The position numbers and the translations under genes are program-made. Below the pieces are notes generated by a model, which did no database searches, was not told the DNA's origin, and worked only from the letters and a program-made list of their open reading frames with translations. Of a stretch of 64,000 bases of DNA, positions 60,101-64,000 are shown one piece after another (positions within the stretch are counted from its first letter, which is position 1; each line of letters opens with the position of its first letter). The stretch is from Asterias rubens (taxonomy: Eukaryota). The DNA lies in the NCBI RefSeq assembly GCF_902459465.1, contig NC_047063.1, forward strand, positions 8,246,001 to 8,310,000, written 5' to 3'.

Positions 60101-63100
60101 ATTATTATTAGATCTATACTATTTAGTTGAAATTATGTTTTTGTTTTTTGAAATGGTATGGATTTGTTTCTTTTTACCCAGACTGAATGTCAAGACCTGT
60201 GGCGTTGCTTCCCCGGTGGTCCTACGAATGTTTCTGACCAGTATCTTCATCAACGTAGATGTGAGCGTCAGGGAAGGACAGATTTACTGTGATAAACTCT
60301 GTGATCAAGGGCCCTACTCAAAAGGACAGGTTAGCAAGTCATTAGTTTTGTCCTGTCATGGTAACACAATAGTAAAGATATTTTTGGATGTAAAATGATT
60401 ACTGGATGTAAAAACTTACTTGGCGAGAAGCACCGAGCTGTTTCTCAGATTCAAATAAAGAGGCATTGATCAAATCATCACATTTTAGATGTGGAAGAAG
60501 AAGCTTTTAAAGAAGCTCCTGAATATATCATGGACATGCTCAAATTGAAATCTCAACAAAGACATCTTTGTGCGCCTACCTCTTACTCCCTTTTTCTTGT
60601 TCCAAGAACTCGCTATTCAACTTTTGCAGATAAACCATTTGCCATATACGTCTGTGAAAATGTGGACTCGATTGGTCATGGCAGTTGCAAGAGAATAATG
60701 AAAAGAAAAAAAATACCTTGTTACACAAATTTGTGTGCTTTCAGATGCCTAAAAAAGTTTTCAGGCTAAAAGTCTTTAAATATTTGAGTGAGAAATTACC
60801 TCTTTCTAAAAGACTACAGTACTTCAGAGGGAGCTGTTTGTCACAATATTTTATACTGCAAAAATTAGTTAATGGCCTGACGTTTCGACCCTAGCAGAGT
60901 CTTTCTCGAAGGCTAAATGTTTCATACTATCAACAGCTTTCCATTGCTTGTTACCAAGTAAGTTTTTATGCTAACAATTAGTTTAAGTAGTTACCACTAG
61001 TGTACAGTGTCTCTAAGCCCGGGACCCCGCACCATAACACGCTATGGCGATCGGGCCTTTTCAGTCATAGCTCCAACACTTTGGAACAAGCTACCCACCC
61101 ACATTCAAGCAGCTTCCTTTATTGGGCACTTTCAAATCTTAACTTAAAACCCATCTGTTTTGTCAGTCTGGTTATAGCGCTTAGAAACATCCGTATTTAG
61201 CGCTCTATAAATGTTGTAATTATTATTATTATTTAAGCACTTCTCTTTTGATTACTAATCACAGTTACAGCGGTTAGCAGAGTGTGAGCGTATGCTAGTT
61301 GCAATGGAGCTAGCTGGATGGCTAAATGAGTCCAACCTGGCCCTACAAGCCGTAGTGCAGTGCTATGGATTGTTGGCTCCTATTATACACTACAAGATCC
61401 CATCTACTCCAGTTGTGCAGGTAAGTGTAGAAGCAGTTGTCGTTTACCGTGCCATGAACAGGGCCCAAAAGCCTATAAGCACAAAAACTTGCTAAGCACA
61501 GACTAGTATTGCTTAGCAGAAACAGGTTACCAGCCCAAATTAAACTAAGTTTGCATTGTTGTGGCGGGTGCCCATCTCAATTTTTGCTTAGCAACAAAAT
61601 TTGCTAGGCAGTATTTTCTGCTTAACCGTTAACAGCTTTATGAAATTTAGGCCCTATTGTGTGGGTTAAAAATCAAGTTTTGTAAGTTGGTTTTTGTACA
61701 AGTTCTTAATATGTTAAAAGCTTCTATGTTTCACGACCGAATGTGCATAAGTTTTTGTAAGTAACCATAGCGCTAACATAGTTACCAACATGCGTATTGA
61801 GACTTTGCCTATCCTTTTTATAAAGTGTAGTATGCATTGGTTTGTCTCTACACACTCGTCTTGTTTTTGTGTTTTGATAAAGTGATGTATGTGTTTAGGA
61901 ATTAATAACTCTGTGATTGCCGGTGTTACTAAGACTCGGTTTTCAACCGGAATCCTTTGCTGCCAAACATGGGGATTAGGACATACATACGGTCTATCTG
62001 AATAAAAACTTGGTGTCCTAAAATGCCAATATGACTATTTTTCTCAGAGTTGACTTAACTGTTTTCTCTTCTCAGGTTCTGACTCGCTGCTACGCCATCC
62101 TCTTAGAGATGCCAGCTAGCCTCCGCCATCGTCGTCAGCAATCCATCTCCGATAGTCTCCATCACATGATAGCTGTTATTACTTACCACATGGCGAAGGT
62201 ACTAAGGGTCTGGAAGCAGAAATCACTGGCTAATTACATCACTGAGACGGGAAAGAAGATGCTGGCTATTGAGAAGGTGAGAAGTTGTTACACAAAGATT
62301 CTTGTATACCAGAGTTTTCATTAGGACTTTAAAACTATTTGTCAAGTCTATGGAAAGCAATCCTTATAGCCATTGGACACTTTCGGTAAACAGTAATGTC
62401 CAAGGCCCACACTTCGTGTATGACAACTTCTATATAAAATAACAAACCTGTGAAAGTTTAGGTTCAAGCGGTCATCGGAGTCGGGAGAAAATAACGGGAA
62501 AACACACCCTTGTTTGCGCACGATTCACCGTGTCATGACATGTGTTTAAAATAAATCTGTAATTCTCGATATCGAGAATTGATATTGTTTTAATGTTTTC
62601 TCAAAAAGTAAAGCATTTCATGGAATAACATTTCTCGAGAAGTCTTTCACCATTATTTATTTGTAAACCTGTGAACTTAAATTTTTTTTTCTGTACTGAA
62701 AGTGTTCAATGGCTTTAAGATAGAGTCTTGTGTTTCTTCTGCAAAATTGAAGTTTATTCTGTCAAGTTTCATATCTCTTGGATCAAAACGCCAAGGCCAA
62801 ACCCACTCTTTTCAGAGCCAACACTCCCTCAAATGAAAAATATTATGTGGTTGTACCTGCAAGTTTACTATTATTTATAGTTTATTTTTATCCTTCACAC
62901 CATGCAAAGCTTACAACATCAGCCTTAAAGGCAGTGGACACTATTGGTAATTACTCAAAATAATCATCACCATCAAACCTTACTTGATTACAAGTAATGG
63001 GGAGAGGTTGATGGTATTAAACATTGTGAGAAACAGCTCCCTCTGAAGTGACGTAGTTTTCGAGAAAGAAGTGATTTTCCACGAATTTGATTTCGAGACC

Positions 63101-63602
63101 TCAAGTTTAGAATTTGAGGTCTCGAAATCAAGCATCAGAAAGCACACAACTTTGTGTGACAAGTGTATTTTTTCTTTCATTGTTATCTCGCAAATTCGAC
63201 GACCGATTAAGCTCAAATTTTCACAGGTTTGTTATGTTAAACGTATTTTGAGATACATTAACTGTGAAGACTAGTCTTTGACAATTACCAATAGTGTCCA
63301 CTGTCTTTAAGTGTATAAAGGCAAGTTTGAAGTCAAGTTGAAATCCTAAAGAATAAAACATGCGTTGCCTTCAGACATTGACTCTTGTAGTATGTTTCTA
63401 TCCTAGGAATCTGAGCAGAAAGGCAAAGCAGAAGCAATTGATTTCATTGAGGATGTAGACGGAGGCGCCGGCCAGGGCGGCGCGCAAGCAGTTAAGAAGA
63501 AACGCCCTCGACGCTTCGGCCAGACCATCTATAACGTAGAGGGACCTAAGAATGAAGAGCTGAGAGCCCTTGAAGCACACATGCTCAAGCTGTCTAAACT
63601 AG
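36136..63602 (+). CDS. CFAP54: Cilia- and flagella-associated protein 54 (central apparatus C1d), 5' part: 26 exons, about 1343 aa, continues past the window
   Basis: Exons 36136-36320, 38364-38469, 40920-41063, 41300-41471, 42106-42164, 42635-42778, 43615-43728, 44377-44478, 50210-50411, 50993-51207, 51587-51746, 52444-52532, 53050-53184, 53674-53812, 54398-54493, 55088-55335, 55864-56115, 56505-56666, 57017-57202, 57889-57981, 58608-58790, 59394-59536, 60182-60329, 61265-61420, 62076-62276 and 63407-63602 form one continuous frame. Motifs QCYGRYL, LRLITQVVLPREPLCWLVYNGT, LLSIRYLSWRATLYTAVC, GLQTNEKYVFAVAAY and AVVQCYGLLAPII match CFAP54. Confidence 0.96.
36941..37064. repeat. About 125-bp imperfect palindrome in CFAP54 intron 1
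   Basis: GTTTTCAACTAGT..GAGGCCTGGTTCTTGATAATTT / AAATTATCAAGAACCAGACCTC..ACTAGTTGAAAAC. Confidence 0.8.
42904..43275. mobile_element. TTAA-flanked Kolobok-like MITE (AGGCAGTGGACACTATTGG TIR family)
   Basis: TTAA at 42900-42903 and 43276-43279. TIR AGACACTGGACGCTATTGGTAATT / AATTACCAATAGTGTCCACTGCCT. Other copies at 17422-17666, 53831-54190, 55486-55790, about 60655-61012 and 62929-63306. Confidence 0.85.
43800..44060 (+). repeat. Unclassified dispersed repeat; inverted partner at about 58240-58470
   Basis: GGATACAATGATTTCATTG.ATAAACGTGCTGTGA...GTTATGATT.GTCCGAGGT.ATGTAGTG is shared in the opposite orientation. Confidence 0.75.
46085..46985 (-). mobile_element. tRNA-derived SINE split by MITE B (head 46985-46736, tail 46152-46085)
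   Basis: Reverse strand has an A box (TGGCCGAGCGG), a B box (GGTTCGAATCC), a central TGTGTCCTTG..GCAAGACACTTAAC block and an AAAGCGCTATAT tail. Related copies: 56157-56420 (+), 42420-42570 (+), 18495-18580 (+), 30432-30553 (-) and 41135-41263 (-). Confidence 0.8.
46157..46731. mobile_element. MITE family B copy nested in a SINE
   Basis: TTAA at 46153-46156 and 46732-46735. Internal inverted repeat TGACGTCAATCGAGGCAGACTTTGC / GCAAAGTCTGCCTCGATTGACGTCA. Confidence 0.85.
47720..47880 (-). mobile_element. Second tRNA-derived SINE family (GTACTGAGTATACAGTGC core)
   Basis: B box GGTTCAAATCC on the minus strand. Relatives at 16760-16872 (-), the tail-to-tail pair at 9362-9570, and 47945-48100. Confidence 0.65.
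49797..49986. mobile_element. AATAGACC-type MITE (different subfamily)
   Basis: TIR AATAGACCAATCCACTAGGCTCCGCCC / GGGCGGAGCTTAATGGATCGGTCTATT. Confidence 0.8.
50513..50923 (+). mobile_element. Second copy of the 2294-2726 element, in CFAP54 intron 9
   Basis: Shared blocks GGGTGACCATGTAAGAACATG, GGGGTTAGTGAC and ATCGATA. Confidence 0.7.
53831..54190. mobile_element. TTAA-flanked Kolobok-like MITE copy
   Basis: TTAA at 53827-53830 and 54191-54194. TIR AGGCACTGGACAC / GTGTCCGTGCCG. Confidence 0.8.
56157..56420 (+). mobile_element. tRNA-derived SINE
   Basis: Collinear with the 46736-46985 SINE. Confidence 0.75.
57322..57540. mobile_element. GGCCCAATTTCATGGCTCTGC-type MITE copy
   Basis: Internal sequence homologous to 520-742 and 14282-14498. 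Confidence 0.7.
59072..59190 (+). mobile_element. tRNA-like SINE head (third family)
   Basis: AGCTCAGCTGGTGGAGCACC...GGTTCAAGTCCC with no complete cloverleaf. Relatives at 44160-44285. Confidence 0.6.
59600..59884 (+). mobile_element. tRNA-derived SINE with (AAAC)n tail
   Basis: A box GGTCAAGTGG, B box GGTTCAAATCC and an AAAC repeat tail. Confidence 0.65.
61010..61232 (+). mobile_element. 3' end of an L2/CR1-clade LINE with (ATT)n tail
   Basis: Degenerate translation YGDRAFSVIAPTLWNKLP is typical of the L2-like ORF2 C-terminus. Similar remnants at 54930-55050, 59200-59270 and 60500-60650. Confidence 0.75.
62369..62713. mobile_element. TTAA-type MITE (AGCCATTGGACAC TIR)
   Basis: AGCCATTGGACACTTTC / GAAAGTGTTCAATGGCT-TTAA. 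Confidence 0.75.
62929..63306. mobile_element. TTAA-flanked Kolobok-like MITE, same family as 42904-43275, opposite orientation
   Basis: TTAA at 62925-62928 and 63307-63310, with matching TIRs and body. Confidence 0.85.
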
Positions 63603-64000
63603 GTATGTATGCTCAAGAACCTCTCATTTCTTAAATACTTATCATGTATGGGTTTTGAGACATTGCATGGAGAGGTATCAATGTATATATTCAGTTTGTG
63701 GACACCATTTGTGTATACCAATTTTGCTGTGTATCAGTTTGCAGTAACACCATTTGTGTATACCAATTTTGCTGTATAGATTTGTTCTTCGAGAACTTGT
63801 CTTGCTATTTATTCTACTGCCACAGAGTAGATTTGTTACCCTAGTTTAATCTGAAAAGAACTGTTCTGCTTATTACCTACTACCTGGGCGGAAGGTAGGA
63901 AATTGGCCCGGCTACTACTTTCGCTTTAATAGTGGATTGAGGGGACTTCTCGTTATGAACTTCACTGCAGCTGAGTGAGTTCTAAATTGGTCTCAACATT

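Noticed and set aside
17422-63306. Autonomous transposase or reverse transcriptase
   Set aside because: No ORF with DDE or RT motifs anywhere in the window; only non-autonomous copies and LINE tails.

Overview
AT-rich, intron-rich animal genomic DNA. The repeat families and gene structures suggest an echinoderm, probably a sea star (inference). No prokaryotic features. Five protein-coding genes were rebuilt by hand, with GT-AG splice sites and reading phase checked at every junction. (1) The last three exons of the PKA type II regulatory subunit, PRKAR2 (+, 7075-10510). (2) An unrecognised gene with two coding exons, encoding a 100-aa secreted, highly basic prepropeptide with several furin/dibasic sites (+, 16486-18951); this is the best novelty candidate. 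(3) A gene with nine coding exons, encoding an 855-aa IHO1/CCDC36 (Mer2-like) meiotic double-strand-break factor (-, 22303-28153). (4) CIMIP7/C3orf84, a ciliary microtubule inner protein (+, 29075-32536), head-to-head with IHO1 across a short CpG-rich promoter, the same pairing I recall in human 3p21. (5) The first 26 exons (about 1343 aa) of CFAP54 (+, 36136 to beyond the window end). Introns and spacers are dense in MITEs (TTAA, CWG and TA target types), tRNA-derived SINEs, L2/CR1-like tails, palindromic elements, a complex satellite and degenerate hammerhead-like motifs. Homology calls come from remembered sequences, not from a database search.
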